DNA of 64,000 nucleotides, from contig CM097886.1 of assembly GCA_044892525.1 (NCBI GenBank), positions 187,352,312 through 187,416,311 of the forward strand, written 5' to 3'. This DNA is from Schmidtea polychroa (taxonomy: Eukaryota). Position numbers and translations under genes: made by a program. Every line of letters begins with the position of its first letter. Positions within the stretch are counted from its first letter, which is position 1. Shown in pieces: positions 11,832 through 24,899 of the stretch. The notes under the pieces were generated by a model. The model was not told the DNA's origin. It searched no databases and was given only the letters and a program-made list of their open reading frames with translations.

Positions 11832-14800
11832 TCAGTTAGCACCTAAAATTGGAAAATTTATTCATTAGTTGAAAATGTTCAAAATTTAAAATCAAATTTA
11901 TTAAATAATTTTTGGTTAATTTCAGATATTTACAATTTTTGAAAATTTATGAAAACATTTCAAGTAAAATTTATTATTATTATTTTTATGCTTAAAGAAT
12001 TAAAAATTTATCAAACAAAAAATTTAGGCGGTAATATTATTTTGAAATTTACGACGCATTAGTTGACTTTAAATTAGCTTGAAGAAACAACTTTTTAAAT
12101 TGAAATATTTGATTATATAAATTTATGCATGACAGTGATTTATATTTTAATTATATTTTTACAATTTGTATTTATTTTAACAACGGCAAAATTTTTTATG
12201 TTTTTAAGTTTCTATTTTTACAAATATTTCAATCAAATATTAATATAAACATAAAATAAAACTAAAATTATATCAGAACATAAAATAAACCAGAATCCCT
12301 TTGTTAATATTGTTGTTCGTGTATTATTTTTATCTTTTTGCTCTGTTGGGTTATTGATCAATAAGTCGGTTAATTTCTGACTACTCGTGTCCCTTTTATA
12401 AATCAACTATAACTATAACCCAACAAAAAACAAATTTATTTTTGAATATGCAATATACAACTCATCAAACTATTTGCACTTTTCTTTCAGATATTTATTT
12501 TCATTTAACGTTAAACTCAATGGGTGGTCACCATTAAACTGATTTGAAATTATATTCAAGAAAGAAAATTCAAAAAAGTTATATTGATATGGCTTCTTTT
12601 GATGTATATTACTTTTTGTACGCATATATGTTTACGCGGTACATATTAAGACCCGCTCAATAAAATCTTGTTAGTTCGAGGTTTTCGATGACCCATTCTG
12701 TGTCATTTAACAACTAGAACCAAGAAAGGAGGAAACAACTAAAGAAGAAAAAACTCAAGCGACTACTCATTTTAATATTAACTAGATCGAAAGTAAGCTT
12801 CTAGTTATGAATGTATATTTTCACATTTCTGTAAATTTAATAACTTTGTAACCAATTTGAATGCAATAAATTTTTATTTTTGGTTTATAAAATTAATATT
12901 TTTATTTTGATGCCGAAGAAAAAGACAAATAGATCCTGAAATGAATTTATGCCAATAACTTCAAAGTCTATAAAAAAACTTATGGTGTGAAGTAACAATT
13001 TTTATTTTAGACCGACATTAGATGACGATGTGAAGTTAAAGGTTTAACATGAAGTTGAGTAGAGTTGCGTAAAAGAACAAATCTCTTTGAAAGAATTGAT
13101 TGACGATTTGGGGATGATGATATTTTGATGCAATTATGATGACACTTATCCAGAGCCAGGAGAGTTTTTACTTGATTTCTCTTTTTCAATTTTCTATTTA
13201 TCTTGATATTAAAAGTTTATTGATATGCACAAATTTTATTTGATTAATGCGATTAGAAAGATTTGACGCTTTAAAACCACCATCATTCATGCATTACACA
13301 ATCAAAGTAGAAATTAATAGTCAGATGCCCAGATGTAGTTTGATTTACTTCTGGTGATCATGCGAAAGATGCTCTAGTGAGGCCAGTAGGTGAGACTCTA
13401 AACTTCATTTTGCTACGGAATCTCTCACTTTGGAAGATGAATTAAGGCCGGAGATTGTACAATTAAAATTACAGGACTACATATAACTTAGAGTTGATTA
13501 CTTTAATTTTTGTTGCTATTAAATCAAACTTTCATAACTTTATATATATTATATATAATTAAAACAAAATAATTGTGAACAATTTTAATGCATAATCTTT
13601 TCATATCGCTATTATAAATTGTAGTAGTATTGTTATTTGCGCTTTAATCTAAATTTTAACAATTTATTTACAGTGGGCCTGATGGAGAAATTTCACCAGT
13701 ATTTAAAGCATTATACTTCAGAATCGGCTCACCAGGCCAAAAGAGCCGAATCGCAGGTGAAAAAATGTAGAAGAATTGAAGCAACTTGGTTCCAACCGGA
13801 ACATGTGCTTGAGTTTTATCAAAAGATCGAAGCCTTGAAGAAAGCTTGGGGAAGTTCATTGAATCGCGAGCTGGAATTCATAACGACGTCAGAGTTGGAT
13901 AAATATCGACATAATCCCAGTTTTTTCCAGCAATAGCAGTTCTGATTTAAGAATTCCTGCACCCGTTCCAGCGCCCAAGAAGAACTGCAAGCACCGAGCC
14001 GGGAAGTTCGAGCGAAGACGAATGAGAGAGATAAAGGCAGTTCAGAAAGAGGGCCTAGTAATTATATTATGCTGTTGATTACATTATTATACTAATAAAA
14101 TATTTTATTTTAACAATGTGTTTGACTTTAATCATCATAAGTTAATATAAGCTATTAGTTAAATTGGAAAGATTGTTTCCTTAAGAATCAGTCATATTAA
14201 AGTTAGTAATTTTAAAAATATAGGTTGAGTAAATTGTTATGCCATTATTGTTTAGCGCCAAAGAAAGTTAACTTCTTAGTAAAAAATTTAAACACTACAA
14301 CAAATTTTTGCGAACTCTTTGAAATTCGTCTAAGTGAAAGTTTTTATCATTGAATTTTGTGGTAGACGGCAACGACTAGGAGATGGAGTAAATAACAAAA
14401 CGATGAAGGGACAAGTGAAAATGAGGCACAACACCTTCTACTATAGCCTATGAACCCAGCGGCTTGACCGGTCATCATCAGTCTTTATGATAGGGCTCAA
14501 TTTTGCCAGTAGCCACGCGCGAAATCGCTGTACCAACGTCTCTTGCGACCTATTGCAGAGAGAAATGGCATATAAAGAAAGTGTTGATAGGATATGAATT
14601 AAGAGGTGAAAGATCTTCCCCACGCTTAAGCTACTTCTTTTGTGTGTATACTCGTTATACTTTGTTTAAATTAATAATAAATTTTCAAAAAACTAAAAGC
14701 ATTTTACAATATTTGCTTATGAATAAAAGAAATTACGACACTTATACAATAAAAACATTTTATGATTCTTTTTAAATCAGTTTTTAATATTTTATTTTGC

Positions 14801-15189
14801 AAATGAATTATGCAGATATTCTAATTAATTAATTTTTATATCAATGTTATATGTAAAAAAAAATCGTAAATTATGTTTAACGATATTTTTATTATTTTAG
14901 AATTTTATTATTAGTAATTTAAAATATTTAAAGTAAAATATATAATTAAAATTTCTTTAAGATTTTGTTTTAAAGAGATAAATGATGCATTATTACTATA
15001 ACGGTTTCAAAATATTTATGACTTTTCTTTATTTATTTTAACTTTGTTTAATTAATATTTTCTAGAGATAATATTTAATAACATGATATTTCATTTGATA
15101 TTTTTTCTATTTTACATAAATAATTTTTATTAAACTTTTCAATTTATTTTTGTTTATTCATTTTAGATTAGACGTAATTTCTATAGATT

Positions 15190-17239
15190 ATGAGCTCTAA
15201 ATTTTTAAATTCACACCTTCCAAATACTCAAATAGTAAATGGATTTCAAATGCACACAAATCAATCAGTTACATTAAATGTCAACACATTTCAAGTAATT
15301 GGCCAAGGCACTTTTGGATATATAGAAAAAGCTAACGTAAAAACAACGAAATCTGATAGTAACGACAATGAAAGTGCCAAATCTATGAAATTTGTTGGAG
15401 CAATAAAAAAAGTTCATCAAGACCCAAGATATAAAAATCGAGAATTGAATATTATTCAGCGCATTAAATCTCATCCAAATATTGTGGACTTCAAATATTA
15501 TTTCTATAGTATGATTAACAATGAAAACTCAAACAGCAGTAATCAGATATCTAAAAAACAGTCTACAGGAGATATTTATCTTCATCTTGTTATGGAATGT
15601 TTCCCTGAAAGTTTATCTGATTTGATTGTTCGTTATCATCACAATGGAATGATATTATCAATGCTGCATGTTAAAATTTATACTTATCAGATGTTGCGGG
15701 CGCTTGGCTACTTGCATTCCTTCAATATTTGCCACAGGGATATTAAATCATCAAACCTTCTTGTCAATGAGTCTTCCTTAATGTTGAAATTATGTGATTT
15801 CGGAAGTGCAAAAGAATTAATTGCTGGCACGACGAGTGTCAGTTATATCAGTTCCAGGTAAATATTTTTCTTTTTCAATTTCACTTTTGTAATAATAATT
15901 GATATAATGAATATTCATTGGATGATTTAATTAATATAATTGTATTGGATATACAGTGAGCAATCAATGGATGACAGGTGACATCTGTGCATGTGTGCAG
16001 GGGGTGGTATTGACGTCACAGGTCAATGTCGACACACAAATGAATAAATCACGTGAAATATACACACAAACATGCACAGATTCACACTCAGCCGATCGTG
16101 TTTGTGTGTTTTATCAAATGACCGTTTTTACTCATTTGTTGTCATGGTGATCTGTGAGCATTCTCGATTTCTATTGGTGGTTGCGACGGCAGCGGTTGTG
16201 ATCGATGATTGATTGTTGCAGTTTATTGCAGTTGTAGATTACATTAATTTACCAATCAATCAATAATCATCATCATCGACATCTCCACCAATGCCACCGC
16301 CACTGCCAGTCATTTTCTCGGTGGCATTTATTGATTTATTAGCGTTTGTTTCTATTATTGATTATTTTCGGTTAATTGGGAATATTATATATTATATTAT
16401 ATGTTGATAATTTCTGTCGCATACAGCCCAGTCCACCAATCACAGCTGCAGCATTGGGGATTGGCTGACTGGGGGGGGGAGGGGCAGTACAATGCTCCTA
16501 GCACTATGGCAATAATTATTGTTGTATATATCTGTCGGGTCGGATTCCGTAACGCGGATGGCCCCGCGCATTTATATCGGGTGCATATCGGGCCCATTAT
16601 TAGATCAATCAATGCACGCCCCCCCCCCCCGCATATACAGGCCAATCTACACCAAGGGTTGCCATGGTAACGACCAATTGCCACTAGCCATCCCTCTCAC
16701 CCCCCCCCCCCCCCATCAATAACAACAACAACAATAATTACTGATTGCATCGATCCACCCCATTCAGGTATTACCGAGCCCCGGAGCTGCTATTTGGTGC
16801 CCAGCATTACACAACTGCCATTGACGTGTGGAGTGCCGGTTGCGTGCTGGGGGAAATGCTGCGGATGGGCTGCCTGTTCACTGGTAGTGATGCTGTCGAC
16901 CAATTGGTCAAGGTCATCCGAGTGCTTGGCAGCCCATCTGCCGATGACGTCATAGCAATGAATCCCAGCTGCCCCCCCATGAGCCTTCCTCACGTGCTTC
17001 CTTGCCCAATCAAGCTGTTCTTCCCTCACAACTCCCAGCCGGAGCTGCTGGAATTGCTCACATCGATGCTCATTTACAATCCCATCAAGCGCATGCATCC
17101 CACTCGGCTGCTTCTCCATCGCTGCTTTGACGAGTTGCGCAACTTGCGTGACATTCCCAGCCTGTTCTCATTTTTGCCCGAGGAATTGAGCGTACTCGAC
17201 AGCATTGAGCAGAAACGGTTAATCGAGATGGTCATGTAG
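15190..17239 (+). CDS. GSK3: Glycogen synthase kinase-3-like CMGC kinase, two exons (15190-15857, 16768-17239)
   Basis: GQGTFG, AIKKVHQDPRYKNREL, CHRDIK, LKLCDFGSAK, VSYISSR|YYRAPELLFGA, IDVWSAGC, DQLVKVIRVLG. The phase-2 GT-AG intron 15858-16767 restores AGG (Arg). Confidence 0.92.
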
Positions 17240-17430
17240 TGGTGGCTGCCTACCTACCTCCTTGACTGCTCTCCCAGGTGGCGTGGCGTGGCGTGGCGCT
17301 TTGTACAGGGAGCAATGTTGTTATTATTATTATTATCTTCTTCATCATCATCATTATCTGCCATTTGTATTCATTAATAAACTGTTTCTCTATCTTCATG
17401 CTCTGATTGGTTGTTTGCTTGCTAATCACC

Positions 17431-19300
17431 CATGCGTGTATGTGTGTGCTTGATGGGTTGCTGATTGTGTGTGCGTGTGTGTTTGATGGGTTGCTGATTG
17501 TGTGTATGCGCATGATGGGTTGGTGATTGTGTGTGTGTATTTGTTGGGTTGCTGATTGTGTGGGTATGCGCTTGATGGGTTGCTGATTGTGTGTATGCGC
17601 TTGATGGGTTGCTGATTGTGTGTGCGTGTGTGTTTGATGGGTTGGTGATTGTGTGTATGCGTGTGCTTGATGGGTTGCTGATTGTGCGTGTGTTTGATGG
17701 GTTGCTGATTGTGTGTATGCGCATGATGGGTTGGTGATTGTGTGTGCGTGTGCTTGATGGGTTGCTGATTGTGTGTGCGTGTGTGTTTGATGGGTTGCTG
17801 ATTGTGTGTGTGTTTGATGGGTTGCTGATTGCGTGTGTGTGTTCGATGGGTTGGTGTTTGTGTGTATGTGTGTGCTTGATGGGTTGCTGATTGTGTGTGC
17901 ATGTGTGTTTGATGGGTTGCTGATTGTGTGTATGCGCATGATGGGTTGGTGATTGTGTGTGTGTATTTGTTGGGTTGCTGATTGTGTGGGTATGCGCTTG
18001 ATGGGTTGCTGATTGTGTGTATGCGCTTGATGGGTTGCTGATTGTGTGTGCGTGTGTGTTTGATGGGTTGGTGATTGTGTGTATGCGTGTGCTTGATGGG
18101 TTGCTGATTGTGCGTGTGTTTGATGGGTTGCTGATTGTGTGTATGCGCATGATGGGTTGGTGATTGTGTGTGTGTATGCTTGATGGGTTGCTGATTGTGT
18201 GTGCGTGTGCTTGATGGGTTGCTGATTGTGTGTGCGTGTGTGTTTGATGGGTTGCTGATTGTGTGTGTGTTTGATGGGTTGCTGATTGCGTGTGTGTGTT
18301 CGATGGGTTGGTGTTTGTGTGTATGCGTGTGCTTGATGGGTTGCTGATTGTGCGTGTGTGTGCTTGATGGGTTGCTGATTGTGTGTGCGTGTGTGTTTGA
18401 TGGGTTGCTGATTGTGTGTGGTTGATGGGTTGCTGATTGTGCGTGTGTTTGATGGGTTGCTGATTGTGTGTATGCGCATGATGGGTTGGTGATTGTGTGT
18501 GTGTATTTGTTGGGTTGCTGATTGTGTGTGCGTGTGTGTTTGATGGGTTGGTGATTGTGTGTATGCGTGTGCTTGATGGGTTGCTGATTGTGTGTATGCG
18601 CATGATGGGTTGGTGATTGTGTGTGTGTATGCTTGAAGGGTTGCTGATTGTGTGTGCGTGTGTGTTTGATGGGTTGGTGATTGTGTGTATGTGTGTGCTT
18701 GATGGGTTGCTGATTGTGCGTGTGTGTGCTTGATGGGTTGCTGATTGTGTGTATGCGCATGATGGGTTGGTGATTGTGTGTGTGTATTTGTTGGGTTGCT
18801 GATTGTGTGTGTGTATTCTTGATGGGTTGCTGATTGTGTGTGCGTGTGTGTTTGATGGGTTGGTGATTGTGTGTGTGTGTGTATTAGATGGGTTGGTGAT
18901 TATGTGTGTATTTTTGGGTTGGTGATTGTGTGTGTGTGTGATTGAGGGGTTGCTGATTGTGTGTGTGTGATTGAGGGGTTGCTGATTGTGTGTGTGTGTG
19001 CTTGATGGGTTGCTGATTGTGTGCGTGTGCTTGATGGGTTGCTGATTCTGTGCGTGTGTGCTTGATGGGTTGCTGATTGTGTGCGTGTGCTTGATGGGTT
19101 GCTGATTGTGTGCGTGTGCTTGATGGGTTGCTGATTCTGTGCGTGTGTGCTTGATGGGTTGCTGATTGTGTGTGTGTGATTGAGGGGTTGCTGATTGTGT
19201 GTGTGTGTGCTTGATGGGTTGCTGATTGTGTGCGTGTGCTTGATGGGTTGCTGATTCTGTGCGTGTGTGTATTTATTGAGTTGGCGATTGTGTGTGTGTG
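17431..19300. repeat. ~30-bp compound satellite: TTGATGGGTTGCTGATT core plus variable (TG/CG)n
   Basis: Direct repetition starting ~190 bp after the GSK3 stop; explains ORFs 17250..18479, 17422..18603, 17426..18760, 18884..19342. Confidence 0.95.
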
Positions 19301-19599
19301 TGCTTTCATAAAGATTTCATATACAAATTTTAATGAAAACAAGAAAAGAACAATAAAACGAATTTACTTGAATTTTTTTAATTTTTATATTTATTTGACA
19401 CTTTTTTTCGATATGAGCAGGAATTGATGAGGTAGCTACAACGTAGGCAGCTTTCTAATCCTATATCAGTCAATCTTGATCGGTGGTCATTTGTGATTAA
19501 TTTCATAACTAAGACTAATACGTACGTCCGATCAGAGGCGTCATTTGCTTGGCAATTTGGGTGAGAAAGCGGACATTTCTCAGGGCTCACATACGATAT

Positions 19600-21230
19600 A
19601 TAAAATTTTTGTCGATGTTTAGTGAGAAAAATACAATTTTTAAATCGTTATTATTCTGCATGTCAATCACTTCTATTGGAAAGTCTCAGTGAACCGTATC
19701 CACATCGATATTAAATGGCGAGGAAAACATTTCCATGGAAACCGCTGTCTTCTCAGCTGTGAACATTTGGAATCGTAATTGAAATTCGCTGATTAGAATG
19801 TCTATATATTGTGCTGATTAGTGAGTAGTAGTAACGCTTTCTTCTTCTAAACGTGGAGAGTAAGATTCTGATTCCACAATTTTCATTTGCCCTCAAAGCC
19901 CTGACTTTTATCATACTAATTGTGAATAAACTTTCCTTGGTCTTGAAGTTCCACATTAAGATCATTGAGATGCTGAGTAATGCCGATAAGAAACCCACAA
20001 TCGCATTCTTTATTACCAAAATGAGTTTTTAAATCTTTCAGGAATTCTTTAAATTCATGGCGATTTAACGCGCTGCTTGATAAAATTGATTAGTTAATTA
20101 TTGGTACTGTGACATTTGGCAATATATATATATATATTTCCTCTCCTCTGACCTTCCTAATGTCTTGATATAGCCTTCCCGATACTCCTACATCGATGCT
20201 TGACATTGCTCGTGCTCCACCTGTCAATATACCAATAATCTTCATCGTACAGGTCTTTGCCGATTGCAGTCCGTTGCATTGGAATCAGTGAATGCAATTC
20301 TTCTTCGGTAATAATAAATTTGGTGTGAGTACCAGGTAAAAATTGTGCTGTATCGCTAATATCGCAACTCTCATCAAGTGCCAAACGATTGTATTCGTAT
20401 TTTGCTAAGCGTTGTTGCTATGTTCTCGGACAAATCTTCAATGCTCCTTGCAATGGTGAATCTTGATAAACTAATGTTGAAATTATATTTAATTTATCAG
20501 GAAATGCTATTTCTGCAACAGCAGTCAGACATCCTGTTATCATTTCTCCATCCGCAAAGGGTTTCATTTATTTGCCAGTATTTGACTGACAACAAAACTT
20601 GCCTTTATTGCCGTATTTGATAAAATAGCCTGCTTTCCCAAGTTTTCTCCATTTCATTAAACCTATCTATCCGGAGTTGTCCTGTTAAGTTTTTATATTG
20701 TTGTTCATGTTTTGTATCGTAATGCCCTTTAATGTTATATACTTTTAATGTCGACACATCCCTGAGCATATAGCTTTATCTTTGCAATAATCCCTTTTCT
20801 GGGAAATGCCGGTCCTCATCCGCAACATTCGTTTTTTGTTTGCTTTTTTGACATGCTATTTTGAAATTAACATTTGAAAGTTAAAAAAATTTGTAGGGAA
20901 ACTTAATTTTGAATAAAAAAACTCTAATATTACCCTTTTGACTAAAATTATGCACTAACGCCTTTCCAAATACACAAGAATTGCTAGTTAAGCAGTCTGA
21001 CTGATTGTGTGACTGGAGGAAACACAAACAAGCACAAACGCGGCGAGTTTGTATAGTATGTTTGAACAAACCGCCTATAAGTGAGTAACTCGTCACAAAA
21101 AATTGTTTCGGATTAGTATGTACTACCATTTTATTATAATTAATTTTATAACAATATATTCATGGGAGAAAATCGATAAATTTAATTTAATTTTAGAAAT
21201 GTTTAACAGGCAGTGTGTTGCTCATCCCTG
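19600..21230 (-). mobile_element. Degenerate hAT (GTF2IRD2/EPM2AIP1/Charlie-like) transposon
   Basis: ALDESCDISDTAQ...EELHSLIPM..T..GKDLY (20157..20384) and HYDTKH near 20720. Terminus TTGCTCATCCCTG at 21218-21230 is followed by CTCTAGTG. Left end not found. Confidence 0.75.
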
Positions 21231-21244
21231 CTCTAGTGCATGCT

Positions 21245-21385
21245 GCTAATTGTGTGTGTATGTGTGTGTGCTTGATGAATTGCATTCACTCTTGTGTCTG
21301 TTGCTAATTGTGTGTGCGTGTGTGTGCGCGCGTGTGCTTGATGAATTGTATTCACTCTTGTGTCTGTTGCTAATCACACGCGCAA
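21245..21385. repeat. Short TG-rich repeat related to the 17.4-19.3 kb satellite
   Basis: TGCTAATTGTGTG...GCTTGATGAATTG..TTCACTCTTGTGTCTG present twice. Confidence 0.75.
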
Positions 21386-22908
21386 TCAAGCAAGTATAAA
21401 AAGGAAAAAAGCCATCAAAATGTAAAATTAGAGCCGTAACAAGGCATATTGCAAAGCCGTCAAAGGGCACAATATAAAGCTATTACAAGACACAATCAAA
21501 AGCCACTACAAGGCATAATAAAAAGCCATAACAAGGCACACAATATGGTTATCGGTTCAAATCCTTTAAGGGTATTTTTGAAGTACATATTTTGTCTAAA
21601 TTTTCCCTTTTGACGTTCAAATATTTCAAAGTCACTTAAAGGTTTACTAGGTGTAGGCATCTGGGTTTGGTTACAGAGTGGAGGTGGTTCACTGAATGAT
21701 GCGGCTTGGGTAATAGGTGCAATCATTGGTTGAGTATCATTGAGATTTATACTCTTTGGTCAATTTGAAAAACTGGAGGTGATATATTGTTAATTAATGG
21801 TTTGGTAATTGGTAGTAGTAATCTAGATAGATTGATTGTCACTAGGTGATTTATAAGTTACAATAAGTGGAGATGGTTTAGAGTAGTGGGGTCTAGATGA
21901 GTTATCTATGTTAAAAATTGGGGTAGTAGGGCTTCTAGGTTTAATGTTTTAGGTAATTTTGTATAGGGAGTGAAGATTGAGATTCGCTCATGGTTATCTG
22001 AATAGGTTTGGAATAGTGTAGTCTTGGTGAGCGATTGACGTTTAAAATAGGTGAAAGTTTAATCTTATGAAACAGGAGTTACTTATGTTGTTATAATTTA
22101 AAATAAAAAAGTAGTCAATAATAATATTAGGGTTGTCTTTTAATTGTTTGCGGATATCAAAAAAACTGTTTGCTTAATAGTTAGTAAAGTTATTAAGGTT
22201 GGACGAGATTGGTTTTACGTTAGATAAAAAGGGCCGTGCATGGTATGGTTTTACTGGATCTAGTACTTTGACAAGTTTAGCAAGTATTTATGGTTAATGT
22301 CATCGAAAAAAATTTCAAAAATATCACGTTTTGTATAATTTGTATTAAATTGATATTCAATATCTAAGAAAAATGTATTACCTATTAGCTGGGATACCTG
22401 GCGTTGCATGATTTAAAAAATAGTAAACAGATTCAAAATAAAGAAATTTTTTTCAATTCATTCATTTAAAAAAAATTTAAAAAATACATAAAAGTTTATT
22501 AAAAAAAAGTACGTTATTTATATATCACTTATGATAAAGCTTGACGATAGATTATAATTTCGGTTTTTTCTTCTGGTGCAAAAGAAACATAGTGTTTAAT
22601 GCGCGTCTGTGTGCGCTTTTCTTTTCTTTGTTTTGGTTGTGTGCACACACAGACGCGTAAGAATGTGGATGGCAATAAAAAAATAACAATCATAGGATAC
22701 CTTTAAAGTTGATGCAACCGAATGTTTAAGTTAGCTCAATCCGCGTCTGTGTGCGCATGCCTTTTGTTTTGAGTTATTTGGCATTGTTCGAATGGATTTA
22801 TTTTGAATTGAGGTTTTGTCGAATGATTTGGAATTTTTGAATTTTACTGAACATATTCTTTGAATTTAACGATTTCTCTTCGATTTTGTTTGGAATTTTT
22901 TGTTTGGA

Positions 22909-23532
22909 ATGGCAACATCTAAATATAACGGGGGATTGATGGATCTCGATGATTTAGTGGCAAGGTTGAATAGAACCCGCAGCAAACTGGCAATAGAAAC
23001 TATTTGTAAAGACGATGTTATCAGATCTAGCAAATCTCTTAAAATTCTGAGTAATGGATTCTCTCTAATCACATTACCTCGAGACCGACAATTAGTTCAA
23101 TCTGTACCTGGTGAATTGAATATGGATCAAACAAATTTGTTGAAATGTGCTCAAGATCAAAATGGCCGAATCGATATTGTTTTGTGCTCAGAAAGGAATA
23201 ATATGAGATCAAATTTATGTGTAGCTACACGAAGACAGGTTCCAGATAAAATGATTGAGAAGAGTTCAGCTACAAGATTGTTTAATATTACTGAAAGTAC
23301 TGAAAATGATATGACTGGTATGATCCCTGATTATCGAGCTCAAGTATGTCGTGCACAAATGGAAGCAGCTCGATTTAGATATAAACATGGATATGAAATG
23401 CCTTGCGACATTATGACGTTATCTTATGATCTGGACATTGACAAATGGTTATTAGATGGAAATAAAATGATTATGTGTTATTATGAATTTAAAAATGAAC
23501 ACATAGCATATGACCTTTCCCGAGTCACATGA
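22909..23532 (+). CDS. Chimeric ORF: SNF8/VPS22 internal fragment (22909-23172) + proteasome alpha-6/PSMA6 internal fragment (23218-23415) + unidentified tail
   Basis: MATSKYNGGL..LDDL...DDVIRS.K.LK.L.NGF......LVQSVPGELNMD matches SNF8. TRRQVPDK.IE.SS.T.LF.ITE....MTGM.PD.RAQV.RAQ.EAA.FRYK.GYEMP.D.M matches PSMA6. No stop between them. Confidence 0.8.
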   Translation: MATSKYNGGLMDLDDLVARLNRTRSKLAIETICKDDVIRSSKSLKILSNGFSLITLPRDRQLVQSVPGELNMDQTNLLKCAQDQNGRIDIVLCSERNNMRSNLCVATRRQVPDKMIEKSSATRLFNITESTENDMTGMIPDYRAQVCRAQMEAARFRYKHGYEMPCDIMTLSYDLDIDKWLLDGNKMIMCYYEFKNEHIAYDLSRVT

Positions 23533-23694
23533 GCATACTACAACGCCCTAGGTTCAACGCTGGGGAATTCTATGGATAACAAACAAACAAACCTTCATCT
23601 TTATATATTAGAATTTTAGATATTTTATCTTTATGAATATTAGTGAAATTAATAGGTACATAAAGTACCACGCATGGGGATCAGTAATTCTTTA

Positions 23695-24090
23695 TCAACT
23701 GCACCTAAATATTGCGGTAATAGCTTTGATTTTCTGATTGCTCAGATCTTTATATCTAGCGCCGTGTTTGAAGATTTCGAGTGTCTCATTTAACTTAAGG
23801 AATGTTCGCAAATGAGATTCTTCGCTGTTTCTAGGCAGGAAAATCATAATTGTTTTCGGTTTGAACAATCTGGCACAACTCAACAACTTTCCCTTATCGA
23901 TTGAGAAATCTAGTACAGATTTTGACTTTTCTGTTAGATAATTCTGGCCTCCCCAAGGAAGAGAGAGTAAAATGACATTAATAACCGGTATTGTCACAAG
24001 ACTGTTGAGGTTGCCAGGAGAGTTGTAGAGATTAGCAAACGAATAGAAATCATCTTTCATAATTGTTAATTTAGTCTTATCAACGCCGTA
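23695..24090 (-). pseudogene. TGS1: Trimethylguanosine synthase (TGS1)-like methyltransferase C-terminal fragment
   Basis: YGVDK....DDF, VILLSLPWGGQNY (canonical VFLSPPWGGP.Y), IFLPRN and KIKAITAIF. In-frame TAA just upstream of YGV, no acceptor visible. Confidence 0.7.
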
Positions 24091-24899
24091 TTATATTTAT
24101 TTATTAGTATTATATTTAAATCTATTATTATTTTTAAAATTTTCTTTATCATTTTTTGAAAATTTAAAATTTTTAACGAAGAGTATTTATTGTTAAAGCA
24201 ATTTTGATTATTATTAACTTTTGTTTGCCATATCTTAACAGCTTCTGCAAATGCATTTAGGAAATCGGAATGCTGTTCTTTAGCCAAATCTTTCTCAATA
24301 AATTAACCCGAAATAATTTTGTCCACATATGCATAAGTGTGGCCAACATATTTCCAACATGCGATTTGGAGATCCTTGGACATTTCAGCGATTCCTGCAA
24401 AATAATTTATGAGTTGATTAATAATTTCAAAACTCATTGAACTCATAAAACTCATTGCTCGTAAAGGTTGTTTCTTTACATGCCTGTATATGTTATGTCA
24501 TCTGCTGCCTCCTTGTGTTCTGCAGCTGCTGGTTACAATTTATTGATGATTATTATTTATTTCACGAGTTAAAATTTTGTCACAAATTATTCAATAGAAT
24601 ACAACTCCATTAGATTGCCTGAAACAAATTTGCAAAGATTATATATATTAGGATTCTCATCCGTAAAAATATTAACATCGGTTTGTAAATTACTAGATAA
24701 CTCCATAAATTTTATTTAATAAATTATGCATTCAAAACTTTTGTTTTCTCTGTTTGTTATTTAAACAAATATCAATCTTTCTTTTAAAATATTTTTCAAT
24801 GAAAATATTTTTAAAATTTAACAAAATTTTTAATTAAAACTTCTAGAATCTTTCACCTTCCTCATAATATAGACGAAGTATATTCCAATACATAATTAG

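Noticed and set aside
13637-14080. 99-aa ORF and GC-richer island between the two genes
   Set aside because: No recognisable domain and stops follow; cannot be assigned without a search.
17250-19342. His/Thr/Gln-rich ORFs of 150-444 aa
   Set aside because: Translations of the TG-rich satellite in all three minus frames.
21550-21562. GGTTCAAATCC tRNA T-loop/B-box-like motif
   Set aside because: No cloverleaf or A box in the flanks.
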